Below the pieces are notes generated by a model, which saw nothing but the letters and a program-made list of their open reading frames with translations, did no database searches and was not told the origin of the DNA. A stretch of 22,448 bases of DNA from NCBI GenBank assembly GCA_031416075.1, contig JANOSY010000038.1:1-22448 (forward strand), in the 5' to 3' direction. Each line of letters begins with the position of its first letter. Position 1 is the stretch's first letter. The translations under genes were made by a program, and so were the position numbers. This document shows positions 9,370-20,170 of the stretch, in pieces. Origin of the DNA: Candidatus Tenderia sp. (GTDB lineage Bacteria; Pseudomonadota; Gammaproteobacteria; Tenderiales; Tenderiaceae).

Positions 9370-10695
9370 ATGAAAATAACAGTCTTTGGTTCAGGTTATG
9401 TCGGACTGGTAACAGGTGCCTGCCTTGCAGATGTTGGCAACGATGTTATGTGTATCGACATTGATGCCGAGAAGATAAACAAACTTAACCAAGGACTCAT
9501 CCCCATATACGAACCTGGACTGGAGGGCATCGTGCACGCCAATACCAAAGCAGGACGGCTCAAATTTGGCACCGATATAGCCGCCGGCGTCCAGCACGGA
9601 CTGTTTCAATTTATCGCAGTAGGGACTCCTCCAGACGAAGATGGCTCCGCCGACCTCCAGTATGTACTGGCCGTGGCCAAAAGCATTGGCGAACACATGA
9701 ACGAATACAAGGTCATCATCGACAAATCCACCGTACCGGTGGGTACCGCCGACAGGGTCAGGGCCCAGGTGGAAGCGACACAAAAAAGCTTTAATAAACA
9801 GATCGATTTTGATGTTGTCTCCAACCCCGAATTCCTCAAAGAGGGGGCGGCAATAGAAGATTTCATGAAACCGGACCGGATTGTGATCGGCACCGACAAC
9901 CCACGGACCACAGAGCTACTGCGTGTCCTCTACGCCCCCTTCAACCGCAGTCATGACCGCATAGTGGCCATGGATATTCGCTCCGCCGAGCTCACCAAAT
10001 ACGCCGCCAACGCCATGCTGGCCACCAAAATCAGTTTCATGAACGAACTGGCCAATATGGCAGAGCTGCTGGGGGCCGACATCGAAAAGGTCCGCATCGG
10101 CATCGGCTCTGACCCCCGTATTGGCTACCACTTCATCTATCCCGGCTGTGGTTATGGCGGCTCCTGTTTCCCTAAAGATGTACAGGCGCTGGAGCGCACC
10201 GCCCGTACCATCGGGTATGAGGCAGGGCTGTTACAGGCCGTAGAGGCCGTCAATGACCGGCAGAAGCATCGCCTGTTCCAGAAGATAGAGAAACATTTTG
10301 GTGGTGACCTTAAAGGCAAAACCATCGCCCTTTGGGGACTCGCCTTCAAACCCAATACCGATGATATGCGCGAAGCCCCCAGCCGCGTGCTGCTCGAAGC
10401 CCTCTGGGCCAAAGGGGCCAACGTTCGTGCCCACGATCCGGCAGCCATGCATGAAACAGCGCGGATTTATGGCCAACGCGCCGACCTCACACTCTGCGAC
10501 CATCCCGATGAGGCACTTGAAGGGGCTGACGCCCTGGCCATTGTCACGGAGTGGAAGGCGTTCCGCAGTCCCGATTTTGACGTTATCAAAGAAAAACTGA
10601 GCCAGCCCGCTATATTTGATGGACGCAATCTGTATGACCCGGCGGCAATGAAAGAGCGTGGGTTCAGTTACTACGCCATCGGTCGTGGGCAATAA
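9370..10695 (+). CDS. ugd: UDP-glucose 6-dehydrogenase
   Basis: GSGYVG Rossmann motif, [23 protein letters not shown], catalytic [23 protein letters not shown]. Start at ATG 9370 after AAGGA. Confidence 0.93.
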   Translation: MKITVFGSGYVGLVTGACLADVGNDVMCIDIDAEKINKLNQGLIPIYEPGLEGIVHANTKAGRLKFGTDIAAGVQHGLFQFIAVGTPPDEDGSADLQYVLAVAKSIGEHMNEYKVIIDKSTVPVGTADRVRAQVEATQKSFNKQIDFDVVSNPEFLKEGAAIEDFMKPDRIVIGTDNPRTTELLRVLYAPFNRSHDRIVAMDIRSAELTKYAANAMLATKISFMNELANMAELLGADIEKVRIGIGSDPRIGYHFIYPGCGYGGSCFPKDVQALERTARTIGYEAGLLQAVEAVNDRQKHRLFQKIEKHFGGDLKGKTIALWGLAFKPNTDDMREAPSRVLLEALWAKGANVRAHDPAAMHETARIYGQRADLTLCDHPDEALEGADALAIVTEWKAFRSPDFDVIKEKLSQPAIFDGRNLYDPAAMKERGFSYYAIGRGQ

Positions 10696-10747
10696 TCAAA
10701 CCCGGTCGCAACACATCAAACATATAGCGCTAGAGAGAGTTTTGAGA

Positions 10748-12022
10748 ATGGATCTAAACAACATAAAAATCGGCATGATCGGTCTGGGTTATGTCGGCCT
10801 ACCACTGGCCGTCGAATTTGGCAAAAAAATCACCACCGTCGGCCTCGACATCAACAAACAGCGCATTGATGAGCTCAAATCGGGCAAAGATAGCTCGCTG
10901 GAGGTCTCCGCCGAAGAGCTGCCACAGGCAACCAAGCTAAGCTACACCTGTGAACCGGCAGATCTCGCCGACTGCAACGTCTACATCGTCACCGTGCCCA
11001 CCCCTATTGACGCGTTTAACCGCCCCGACCTCTCGCCCCTTGTAGGGGCCAGCACCACCATCGGCAAACTGCTCAAAAAAGATGATGTTGTCATCTATGA
11101 GTCCACCGTCTACCCCGGTGCCACAGAAGAGGTCTGCATCCCCATACTGGAAAAGCTCTCCGGCCTCACCTACAATCAGGATTTTTACGCAGGCTACAGC
11201 CCTGAACGTATCAATCCAGGCGACAAAGAGCACCGTGTCACCAACATCCTCAAGGTCACCTCCGGCTCCACGCCCGAAATTGCTGATTTTGTCGATACTC
11301 TCTACCGCCAGATCATCACTGCCGGCACCCACAAGGCCAGCAGCATTCGTGTTGCCGAAGCCGCCAAGGTCATTGAAAATACCCAGCGCGATGTCAACAT
11401 CGCCCTCATCAACGAACTGGCCCTGATATTCAACCGCCTCGGCATCGATACAGAAGAGGTGCTGATTGCCGCTGGCACCAAGTGGAACTTCCTGCCCTTC
11501 CGCCCAGGGCTGGTGGGCGGCCACTGCATCGGCGTCGACCCCTACTATCTGACCCATAAAGCACAGGAGATTGGCTACCACCCGGAGATGATCCTGGCGG
11601 GACGCCGTGTCAATGATGGCATGGGGGCCTACGTTGCCGAACGGGTTGTTAAACTGATGACCAAAAAACGCATCACCGTTGTAGACTCCAAAGTTCTGAT
11701 CATGGGTTTTACCTTTAAAGAAAACTGCCCCGACCTGCGTAATACCCGTGTGATCGACATCCTTGAAGAGTTCAAGGATTACCACGCCCAGGTCGATGTC
11801 TACGACCCCTGGATCAACCGGGACGAAGCCAAACACGAATATGGCATCACACCGGTCAGCAACGTTACACCCAACAGCTACGATGCCATCATCCTGGCCG
11901 TCAGCCACAAACAGTTCATCGAAATGGGGCTGGAAAAGATTCGTGCCCTGGGCAAAATCAACTCCGTTCTATTTGATGTCAAATACCTCTTCCCGGCAGA
12001 CGCCGTGGATGGCAGGTTATAA
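10748..12022 (+). CDS. tviB: UDP-N-acetylhexosamine C6 dehydrogenase (TviB/WbpO/CapL type)
   Basis: [70 protein letters not shown]. Start at ATG 10748. GlcNAc versus GalNAc specificity cannot be determined by eye. Confidence 0.85.
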   Translation: MDLNNIKIGMIGLGYVGLPLAVEFGKKITTVGLDINKQRIDELKSGKDSSLEVSAEELPQATKLSYTCEPADLADCNVYIVTVPTPIDAFNRPDLSPLVGASTTIGKLLKKDDVVIYESTVYPGATEEVCIPILEKLSGLTYNQDFYAGYSPERINPGDKEHRVTNILKVTSGSTPEIADFVDTLYRQIITAGTHKASSIRVAEAAKVIENTQRDVNIALINELALIFNRLGIDTEEVLIAAGTKWNFLPFRPGLVGGHCIGVDPYYLTHKAQEIGYHPEMILAGRRVNDGMGAYVAERVVKLMTKKRITVVDSKVLIMGFTFKENCPDLRNTRVIDILEEFKDYHAQVDVYDPWINRDEAKHEYGITPVSNVTPNSYDAIILAVSHKQFIEMGLEKIRALGKINSVLFDVKYLFPADAVDGRL

Positions 12023-12043
12023 AACCACAAGGCAATCCTGTAA

Positions 12044-13051
12044 ATGAAAGTATTAATCACCGGCACCGCCGGCTTTATCGGCTCCAACGTTGCTCGCCAC
12101 TTGCTCAACCGGGGCGACGAAGTGATCGGACTCGATAACCTCAATGACTACTATGACGTTAACTTAAAAAAGGCACGGCTAGCCAAACTCACCCCCGAGA
12201 GTGGTTTTACCGATGTGCGAATGGACCTGGAAGACCGTGCCGGCATTGCCCAGCTATTTGCCGACCACAAACCAGACCGTGTTGTGCACCTTGCCGCTCA
12301 GGCCGGTGTCCGCTACTCACTGGTCAACCCGCTGGCCTACATCGACAGCAACATCGTCGGCTCCACCAACATCCTCGAAGGGTGCCGCCATAACAGTGTT
12401 GAACATCTGGTATACGCCTCCAGCAGCTCCGTCTACGGTGCCAATACCAAAATGCCCTTCTCGGTCCACGACAACGTTGACCACCCGGTGAGCCTCTACG
12501 CCGCCTCCAAAAAGGCCAACGAGTTGATGGCTCACACCTATAGCCATCTATTTCAGCTGCCAACCACCGGGCTACGCTTCTTCACCGTCTACGGCCCTTG
12601 GGGCAGACCCGACATGGCCCTCTTCCTCTTCACCAAAGCCATACTGGAAGGTCGGCCGATTGACGTCTTCAACTACGGCAAATGCCGCCGCGACTTCACC
12701 TATATCGACGACATCGTCGAAGGTGTAGTAAGAACACTCGACCGGATCCCCACTGCCAACCCTAACTGGAGAGGGGATGACCCCGACTGCGGCACCAGTT
12801 ACGCCCCCTACCGCATCTACAACATTGGCAACAACCAGCCCGTGGAGCTGCTACGGTTTATTGAGATCATCGAAGAGTGCCTGGGGAAAAAGGCCGAGAA
12901 AAATCTATTACCACTGCAACCAGGCGACGTGCCGGCCACCTATGCCAATGTCGATGACTTAATAAGCGAGGTTGGTTTCAAACCCGCCACCGAGATCGAG
13001 ACCGGCATCAGCAACTTTGTGAACTGGTACCGTGAGTACTATCAAATATAA
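12044..13051 (+). CDS. NAD-dependent epimerase, UDP-glucuronate 4-epimerase type (Uge/CapI/LpsL-like)
   Basis: [26 protein letters not shown], YxxxK (YAASK), [16 protein letters not shown] and RDFTYIDD are signatures of this extended SDR subfamily. Confidence 0.9.
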   Translation: MKVLITGTAGFIGSNVARHLLNRGDEVIGLDNLNDYYDVNLKKARLAKLTPESGFTDVRMDLEDRAGIAQLFADHKPDRVVHLAAQAGVRYSLVNPLAYIDSNIVGSTNILEGCRHNSVEHLVYASSSSVYGANTKMPFSVHDNVDHPVSLYAASKKANELMAHTYSHLFQLPTTGLRFFTVYGPWGRPDMALFLFTKAILEGRPIDVFNYGKCRRDFTYIDDIVEGVVRTLDRIPTANPNWRGDDPDCGTSYAPYRIYNIGNNQPVELLRFIEIIEECLGKKAEKNLLPLQPGDVPATYANVDDLISEVGFKPATEIETGISNFVNWYREYYQI

Positions 13052-13073
13052 ACCCCTCCACCCAACTATCGCC

Positions 13074-13098
13074 CGTGGGCGCAAAAACTGCGCCCACG
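13074..13098. repeat. Perfect GC-rich palindrome (REP-like hairpin) between convergent genes
   Basis: CGTGGGCGCA-AAAAC-TGCGCCCACG has 10-bp perfect arms. A second small stem, GCGGT..ACCGC, follows at 13106-13123. Confidence 0.7.
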
Positions 13099-13127
13099 TA
13101 ACAAAGCGGTAAAACCCCACCGCATTC

Positions 13128-14006
13128 TCAAGGGCCTCTGGTAATAGTTGCTGTGGGCTCACGTTTATCATATACAACAGTGAAATCTGGCCTCACCTTT
13201 AATAAACCGGCTTTAATAGCCTCATTACTTTTCGCCGTATCCTTTACCAAAGCACTCAGGCGCTCTTCAGACCAACCCTCAATTTTAGACTCATCTATCA
13301 CCACCAGCCCCTCATTATCAATAAAAACCGGGACATCCTCCTCTTTTTGCTTTGGCGACACAGAATCAGCCAGCATTGGAAGGATCTCGCCATCAAAGGC
13401 ACTAACAAGATAAACCACCTCCTCCTCCCCGTGAATAACAAACCGGTAATAGGGGATATCACCATGAAGAAATACCAGACCCGGCACCGGCTGGTACGGA
13501 TAAGGAGCATACTTCACAAGCAGAGCTTCGGCTTCACTTTGTGAAAGCGGCGGAAACTTACCCCACTTTTCTCTACTGACATCCGCCATGCTGGCTGGAG
13601 CATAGTTTTTACCATCAAACAATCGGTATATTGCCAATCCGGTTACCTGGCCAGCGGCAATCATTGGCACAAACATGCTGGCTGGCATTTTTTTATAGAA
13701 ATCCTCTGCATATAGAGGCTCGCCAGCCCCGGCGCCATCGTGCGCTTCGTTTTGCACCATGCCGGGGATGACCGCCTGATAAAAATCATCGGCGGCCATC
13801 CGAATCGCCTCGTTATCGGAACGATTGCCAGATAGCTCCTGCTTTCCATCTGTTAACGGCGGCTGGCTGTAATCACTCTGTTGCAACCGGACATCAGGAT
13901 TGCTGTTACGAGCATCTAATATCAACGTTGTGTCTGGAACAAGAACAACCGTTGCTATCACAACTGACACGGTCAAGGTCACCCCCAACAAAAAATTGCG
14001 TCTCAT
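13128..14006 (-). CDS. Hypothetical exported or membrane-anchored protein with a PepSY/propeptide-like region
   Basis: ATG 14006 with an AGGGGTG RBS. The N-terminus MRRNFLLGVTLTVSVVIATVVLV is a signal or anchor. PPLSQSEAEALL..PYYRF..VYLVSAFDGEI resembles the PepSY pattern. 292 aa. Confidence 0.7.
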   Translation of the reverse strand: MRRNFLLGVTLTVSVVIATVVLVPDTTLILDARNSNPDVRLQQSDYSQPPLTDGKQELSGNRSDNEAIRMAADDFYQAVIPGMVQNEAHDGAGAGEPLYAEDFYKKMPASMFVPMIAAGQVTGLAIYRLFDGKNYAPASMADVSREKWGKFPPLSQSEAEALLVKYAPYPYQPVPGLVFLHGDIPYYRFVIHGEEEVVYLVSAFDGEILPMLADSVSPKQKEEDVPVFIDNEGLVVIDESKIEGWSEERLSALVKDTAKSNEAIKAGLLKVRPDFTVVYDKREPTATITRGP

Positions 14007-14059
14007 GGCATTCACCCCTTTTTTCATCCAAACCGCCCTCGCTTCGCTCCCCATGACGA

Positions 14060-14930
14060 TCAGCGAAGGTGACATGCCCCCAACCGATCAGGATTATTGC
14101 AGACCGACAAGAAAATATGCTTTCGCTCAAAAGGATTGGCTGAGCCGGTCTTTTCCCAATAGCTTTCCACCTCGGCCAACGTCATGAATTTACTCGGAGT
14201 CAAACCATACGTACCAAAACTCATCTCTAGCTGATATTGAACAAACGCTATGATGTAGCTAATAAGACCACTATAATTTGCACGTTGAGGTCTCGGTGGG
14301 GGAGTATAGGCAGGGGAGCCATAGACACTATCATTGAGATACAATCCCCTGTAATTACAAAGTCCAGAACTAACATCTCTGTCACTACAATAGAGCGCCC
14401 CGGTAGTCACATAATAGTGGCCGCCAGCCGAACCGGAGCGCGTATTGCCATAAACCACAAAAGGGTTTCCAGAAGCAAAAATAGACCACACTGCATCTTT
14501 ATCGCTAGGGAAAGCATATTCCTCGTACCACCCCTGAACCAGCTTCATATTGGTAATCGCCGATTTTAATTCCGTGGTTACAAGGCCCGCCTGACCATCT
14601 GTGTTCGCAGCATTATATAACGCAAGAATATTGGGTTGATTAGGTAAAGATTCCGTTGTTTTTAACGTATAGAATGAATTGATCATGGAGCGCGCGGTAG
14701 CACCGCACGTGTCCGATGTAGGCTGACTGTAATGAGGGACGTTTAGTCTATATCCAATCTGAAGAGCCTGGTAACCTGCCACTGGTCTATATGCAAGAGA
14801 CCTCCAATAAGTCTGAGAACCCCACACGACCGTAGAATCAGGCGATTGTTGATAATTAATTGTATTTGCGAATGCGAACGCATATGAATAAAGATAATAA
14901 GACGGCTAAAAATACTTTTCGTAGTTTCAT
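14060..14930 (-). pseudogene. Secreted C39-like (papain-fold) cysteine peptidase with a frameshift in the signal-peptide region (pseudogene or sequence error)
   Basis: A strong RBS (AAGGAGGGGTGAA) precedes ATG 14930, giving MKLRKVFLAVLLSLF, which soon hits a stop. The +1 frame continues SYAFAFANTINYQQSPDSTVVWGSQ into the listed ORF. Motifs: LNVPHYSQPTSDTCG (Q-x5-C; Cys 14707-14705), GHYYV (His 14419-14417) and LNDS (Asp 14332-14330). Confidence 0.75.
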
Positions 14931-15036
14931 TTCACCCCTCCTTGGGTAGAACCATGTTTATCGTAGAATCATAGAAAAACTCTCAACTCGTGCAGGCTAA
15001 TAACTTCACCGCAGCCACGGGGCAACATCTCAATTG

Positions 15037-15042
15037 ATTATA
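15037..15042 (-). promoter_or_regulatory. Candidate sigma70 -10 box for the peptidase cassette
   Basis: Perfect TATAAT on the minus strand about 105 nt upstream of ATG 14930 and downstream of the fba terminator. No good -35 at 17 bp spacing (CGGACT). Confidence 0.3.
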
Positions 15043-15090
15043 AAAATTGGGATAAGATCAGTCCGCGAAAGTGTACACTCATGCGCAAAT

Positions 15091-15121
15091 AAAAAAGGGC
15101 GGGATAAACCCGCCCTTTTTT
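15091..15121 (-). terminator. Rho-independent terminator of the tkt-fba operon (symmetrical, potentially bidirectional)
   Basis: AAAAAAGGGCGGG-ATAAA-CCCGCCCTTTTTT, 14 nt after the fba stop codon. Confidence 0.9.
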
Positions 15122-15135
15122 ACACCCAATCAGAC

Positions 15136-16200
15136 TTACTTAACCTTTGGGGTCAACTCGCCTTTATCATAACGCTTCTGCATTGTCTCCAATGAGAGTG
15201 CCACAATCTTGGACGCGTGTCCGGCAGAACCAAATGCCTCATAACGGGCCTGGCAGATAGCTGCCATCGCCTTGGTGGACTCTTTGATAAACTTACGCGG
15301 ATCAAAGTTAGAAGGATTTTCAGCCAGATGTTTACGCACCGCACCCGTAGAAGCCATACGCAGGTCAGTATCAATATTGACCTTACGTACGCCATTCTTG
15401 ATACCTTCCACAATTTCAGAAACAGGCACGCCATAGGTCTGGCCCATATCACCACCGTAGTTATTGATGATTGTCAGCCACTCTTCAGGCACTGAAGATG
15501 AACCGTGCATAACCAGATGAACATCAGGAATACGCTGATGAATCTCTTTTACGCGGTCAATACGCAGTACGCTACCGGTAGGTTTACTGGTGAACTTGTA
15601 AGCACCGTGGGAGGTACCAATGGCAATAGCCAAGGCATCTACACCAGTCTTCTTAACAAAGTCAGCCGCCTCTTCAGGATCGGTCAGTAGCATAGAGTGG
15701 TCGAGTTCGCCTTCAGCGCCATGACCATCCTCTTCACCCATCTTGCCGGTCTCAAGTGAACCCAGGCAACCCAGCTCGCCTTCAACAGAAACGCCACAGG
15801 CATGAGCCAACTCGGCAACTTTGCGAGTCACATCAACGTTGTATTCATATGACGCAGGTGTCTTGGCATCTGCCATCAATGAACCATCCATCATCACTGA
15901 GGTGAAGCCAGACTGAATGGAACGGAAACAGACGTCAGGTGAAGCACCGTGGTCCTGATGCATACAGATCGGAATATGTGGGTACATCTCAACAGCCGCC
16001 GTAATCAGGTGGCGCAAAAACGGCTCACCGGCATAAGAACGAGCGCCCGCAGAACCCTGCATAATAACAGGCGAGTTAGCTGCATCCGCAGCCTGCATAA
16101 TTGCGTGAACCTGTTCCATGTTGTTGACGTTAAAGGCTGGCAGACCAAAGCTATGCTCGGCGGCATAATCCAGCAGTTGACGTAATGAAATTAGAGCCAT
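15136..16200 (-). CDS. fba: Fructose-bisphosphate aldolase class II (CbbA/proteobacterial subtype)
   Basis: [64 protein letters not shown]. Confidence 0.95.
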   Translation of the reverse strand: MALISLRQLLDYAAEHSFGLPAFNVNNMEQVHAIMQAADAANSPVIMQGSAGARSYAGEPFLRHLITAAVEMYPHIPICMHQDHGASPDVCFRSIQSGFTSVMMDGSLMADAKTPASYEYNVDVTRKVAELAHACGVSVEGELGCLGSLETGKMGEEDGHGAEGELDHSMLLTDPEEAADFVKKTGVDALAIAIGTSHGAYKFTSKPTGSVLRIDRVKEIHQRIPDVHLVMHGSSSVPEEWLTIINNYGGDMGQTYGVPVSEIVEGIKNGVRKVNIDTDLRMASTGAVRKHLAENPSNFDPRKFIKESTKAMAAICQARYEAFGSAGHASKIVALSLETMQKRYDKGELTPKVK

Positions 16201-16255
16201 CTCTATCTCCTCAATTATCGTTACACAAAGTTAAAAACAAAAAACCAGTCAGGTA

Positions 16256-17710
16256 TTAAGATTCGCTGGATGTAGGCTCATGCATATCACCAACGCGTAC
16301 AATCTTCATCGCATTGGTACCGCCCATCACACCCACCAGATCACCCTTAGTAATAATCACCAGATCGCCGTCACGCACCGCGCCGCGGCGCTTCAACTCA
16401 TCCACCGACTCCATATTTACCACTGCGTGGTCAGTGCTTGTCACGGCAAAGCTAACCGGGCAGACACCACGGTAGAGTGTCACCTTACGGCGAGTCTCTA
16501 CGTGCGGGGTCATGGCATAAATAGGAATCCCAGAGCTGATACGGGACATCCAGAGCGGCGTAGCACCCGATTCAGTCAAGCAAGCAATCGCCTTCACACC
16601 CAGGTGGTTTGCGGTATACATCGCCGACATGGCAATCGCCTCATCGATACGGGTAAACTGGCTATGGATACGATGATCAGAGGTCATCGCCGTCTCCTGT
16701 TTCTCAGCGCTGATGCAGATACGCCCCATCGCAGCAACCGCCTTGGCTGGGTATTTACCCGCCGCAGTCTCCGCAGACAACATCACAGCATCCGTACCAT
16801 CAAGCACCGCGTTAGCCACATCAAACACTTCAGCACGGGTTGGAATCGGATTTTCAATCATACTCTCCATCATCTGGGTAGCAGTGATCACCACACGATT
16901 CATGGCACGGGCCAGTTTGATAATGCGCTTCTGCACGGCAGGCAGCTCAGCATCACCTATTTCAACACCCAGATCACCACGGGCGATCATCACGGCATCA
17001 GAAGCAGCAATAATCTCTTCCAGATTTTCAATCGCCTCAGCACGTTCGATCTTGGCTACAATACCACCATGACCACCCGCTGCACGCAGCAGTTCACGCG
17101 CCTCGTTTACATCTGCAGCAGTACGTGGGAAGGAGATAGCAACATAATCAGCGCGCATCTGCGCCGCTGTCACAATGTCCTCTTTATCCTTCTCCGTCAG
17201 GGCCGCAGCAGAGAGCCCGCCACCCATGCGGTTGATACCTTTATTATTTGAAAGAATCCCGGCAACCTGGACCTTACAGATAATCTCTGCGCCTTTAACC
17301 TCTTCAACCCACAACACAATACGACCATCATCCAGCAGCAACGTATCGCCACGGTTAACATCATTCGGCAGCTGTTTATAGGTAAGGCCCACCCGCTCTT
17401 TATCACCATCGGTGATAGACATGGCCGCATCCAGGATAAATCGGTCACCCTCGACGAGCAGCACCTTGCCCTCTTTGAAACGGGCGGTACGAATCTTAGG
17501 CCCTTGCAGATCGGCCAATACGCCAACCTGTCGGCCATGGGCACGAGCGCGGTCACGGACCAACTCGGCACGGTTTATATGGTCTTCTGCTGATCCATGA
17601 GAAAAGTTGGCGCGCACTACGTCCACGCCTGCCTGAATCAGATCATCCAGCACCTTGGGGTCATCGGTTGCCGGCCCGAGGGTGGCAACAATCTTTGTGC
17701 GTCTAAACAT
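16256..17710 (-). CDS. pyk: Pyruvate kinase (PykA-like)
   Basis: [58 protein letters not shown]. Confidence 0.96.
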   Translation of the reverse strand: MFRRTKIVATLGPATDDPKVLDDLIQAGVDVVRANFSHGSAEDHINRAELVRDRARAHGRQVGVLADLQGPKIRTARFKEGKVLLVEGDRFILDAAMSITDGDKERVGLTYKQLPNDVNRGDTLLLDDGRIVLWVEEVKGAEIICKVQVAGILSNNKGINRMGGGLSAAALTEKDKEDIVTAAQMRADYVAISFPRTAADVNEARELLRAAGGHGGIVAKIERAEAIENLEEIIAASDAVMIARGDLGVEIGDAELPAVQKRIIKLARAMNRVVITATQMMESMIENPIPTRAEVFDVANAVLDGTDAVMLSAETAAGKYPAKAVAAMGRICISAEKQETAMTSDHRIHSQFTRIDEAIAMSAMYTANHLGVKAIACLTESGATPLWMSRISSGIPIYAMTPHVETRRKVTLYRGVCPVSFAVTSTDHAVVNMESVDELKRRGAVRDGDLVIITKGDLVGVMGGTNAMKIVRVGDMHEPTSSES

Positions 17711-17799
17711 ATATTTGGCTTAATACCTGAGTAATTGTTGTCTTTATCAAATGGGAGCGACCGACACATCGGTGCCGGACGACGCTACCACGCTTTAAT

Positions 17800-18975
17800 T
17801 TACTTGGCACGCTCTTCTAAAATTGCAACCGCTGGCAAAACCTTACCTTCCAAAAACTCCAGGAAGGCACCACCACCGGTAGAGATGTAGGAGACCTTAT
17901 CAGCGATGCCATATTTATCTACTGCCGCCAATGTATCACCACCACCGGCAATGGAAAAGGCCGCGCTATCGGCAATGGCCAGTGCCAGGGTCTTGGTTCC
18001 CGCACCAAACTGGTCAAATTCAAAAACACCGACGGGGCCATTCCAGACAATCGTACCAGCACTCTTCAGCTTATCAGCCAGCATCTTGGCCGTTTTTGGA
18101 CCAATATCAAAGATCATGTCATCATCTTCCACATCTTTGACATCTTTGATGGTCGCCACCGCGGTCGGGGAAAACTCTTTACCACACACTACATCAATCG
18201 GGATGGGCACTTCAGCGCCACGGGCAGCCATCTTGTCCATAATCTTGCGGGCTTCGGCCACCAGATCAGCCTCCGCCAGTGATTTGCCTATCTTTAGGCC
18301 CGCTGCAAGCATGAACGTATTGGCAATACCGCCCCCCACAATCATGTTATCCACTTTGTCAGCCATGGAATCAAGAATTGTCAGTTTAGTCGAGACTTTA
18401 GAACCAGCAACAATCGCCGCCAGCGGCGGGGCTGGTGCCTTCAAGGCCTTGCCCAACGCATCCAGCTCCCCCGCCAACAGCGGGCCAGCGCAAGCGATCT
18501 TGGCAAATTTAGCCACACCGTGGGTAGATCCCTCAGCACGATGAGCGGTACCAAAGGCATCCATCACAAATACATCACACAACGCAGCATATTTCTGGGC
18601 TAGCTCATCACTATTTTTCTTCTCGCCCTTATTAAAACGGACGTTTTCAAACAAGACAACTTCGCCGCCAGCAACATCAACACCATCCAGATAGTTTTCA
18701 ATCAGGCGTACAGGGCTGCCCAGCAGCTTCCCCAGATGTGCCGCCACAGGCTTCAGTGAGTTCTCTTCGCTATAAACACCCTCTTCCGGGCGCCCCAGGT
18801 GAGACATCACCATCACTTTGGCCCCTGCCTTCACGGCCCACTCAATGGTAGGCAGCGTGGCACGAATACGTGCGTCGCTGGTGACCTGGCCATCTTTTAC
18901 AGGCACGTTCAGATCCGCACGGATCAAGACACGTTTGCCAGCCAGGTCAAGGTCTATCATCTTGATTACAGACAT
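17800..18975 (-). CDS. pgk: Phosphoglycerate kinase
   Basis: [54 protein letters not shown]. True start at ATG 18975 (MSVIKM) after AGGAG. Confidence 0.96.
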   Translation of the reverse strand: MSVIKMIDLDLAGKRVLIRADLNVPVKDGQVTSDARIRATLPTIEWAVKAGAKVMVMSHLGRPEEGVYSEENSLKPVAAHLGKLLGSPVRLIENYLDGVDVAGGEVVLFENVRFNKGEKKNSDELAQKYAALCDVFVMDAFGTAHRAEGSTHGVAKFAKIACAGPLLAGELDALGKALKAPAPPLAAIVAGSKVSTKLTILDSMADKVDNMIVGGGIANTFMLAAGLKIGKSLAEADLVAEARKIMDKMAARGAEVPIPIDVVCGKEFSPTAVATIKDVKDVEDDDMIFDIGPKTAKMLADKLKSAGTIVWNGPVGVFEFDQFGAGTKTLALAIADSAAFSIAGGGDTLAAVDKYGIADKVSYISTGGGAFLEFLEGKVLPAVAILEERAK

Positions 18976-18998
18976 GGGTACAACTCCTGATGTTTTCG

Positions 18999-19032
18999 AA
19001 AAAAATTTGGCGAAAGCGGTCTCTCGGCAAAT
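18999..19032 (-). terminator. Imperfect hairpin plus U-tract between gap and pgk (possible partial terminator)
   Basis: Minus strand ATTTGCCGAGAG-ACCG-CTTTCGCCAAAT followed by a T run, with one mismatch and one G-U pair. Confidence 0.45.
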
Positions 19033-19049
19033 CTCTCTCTGTTTTATGA

Positions 19050-19080
19050 GTTGGGCATGGGGTTTAATCCCATGCCCAAC
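19050..19080. repeat. Perfect palindrome (REP-like hairpin) downstream of gap
   Basis: GTTGGGCATGGG-GTTTAAT-CCCATGCCCAAC has 12-bp perfect arms. Confidence 0.75.
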
Positions 19081-19105
19081 GGCCAACCCTAACTCACCCG
19101 CAAAT

Positions 19106-20170
<1,065 letters not shown>

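Noticed and set aside
10937-11908. 323-aa minus-strand ORF
   Set aside because: It is an antisense shadow of the tviB-like gene, explained by codon bias of the real gene, and has no recognisable domain.
16280-17251. 323-aa plus-strand ORF (similarly 17906-18544 and 21113-21940)
   Set aside because: These are antisense to pyk, pgk and tkt, with the His/Arg/Ser-rich composition typical of shadow frames.
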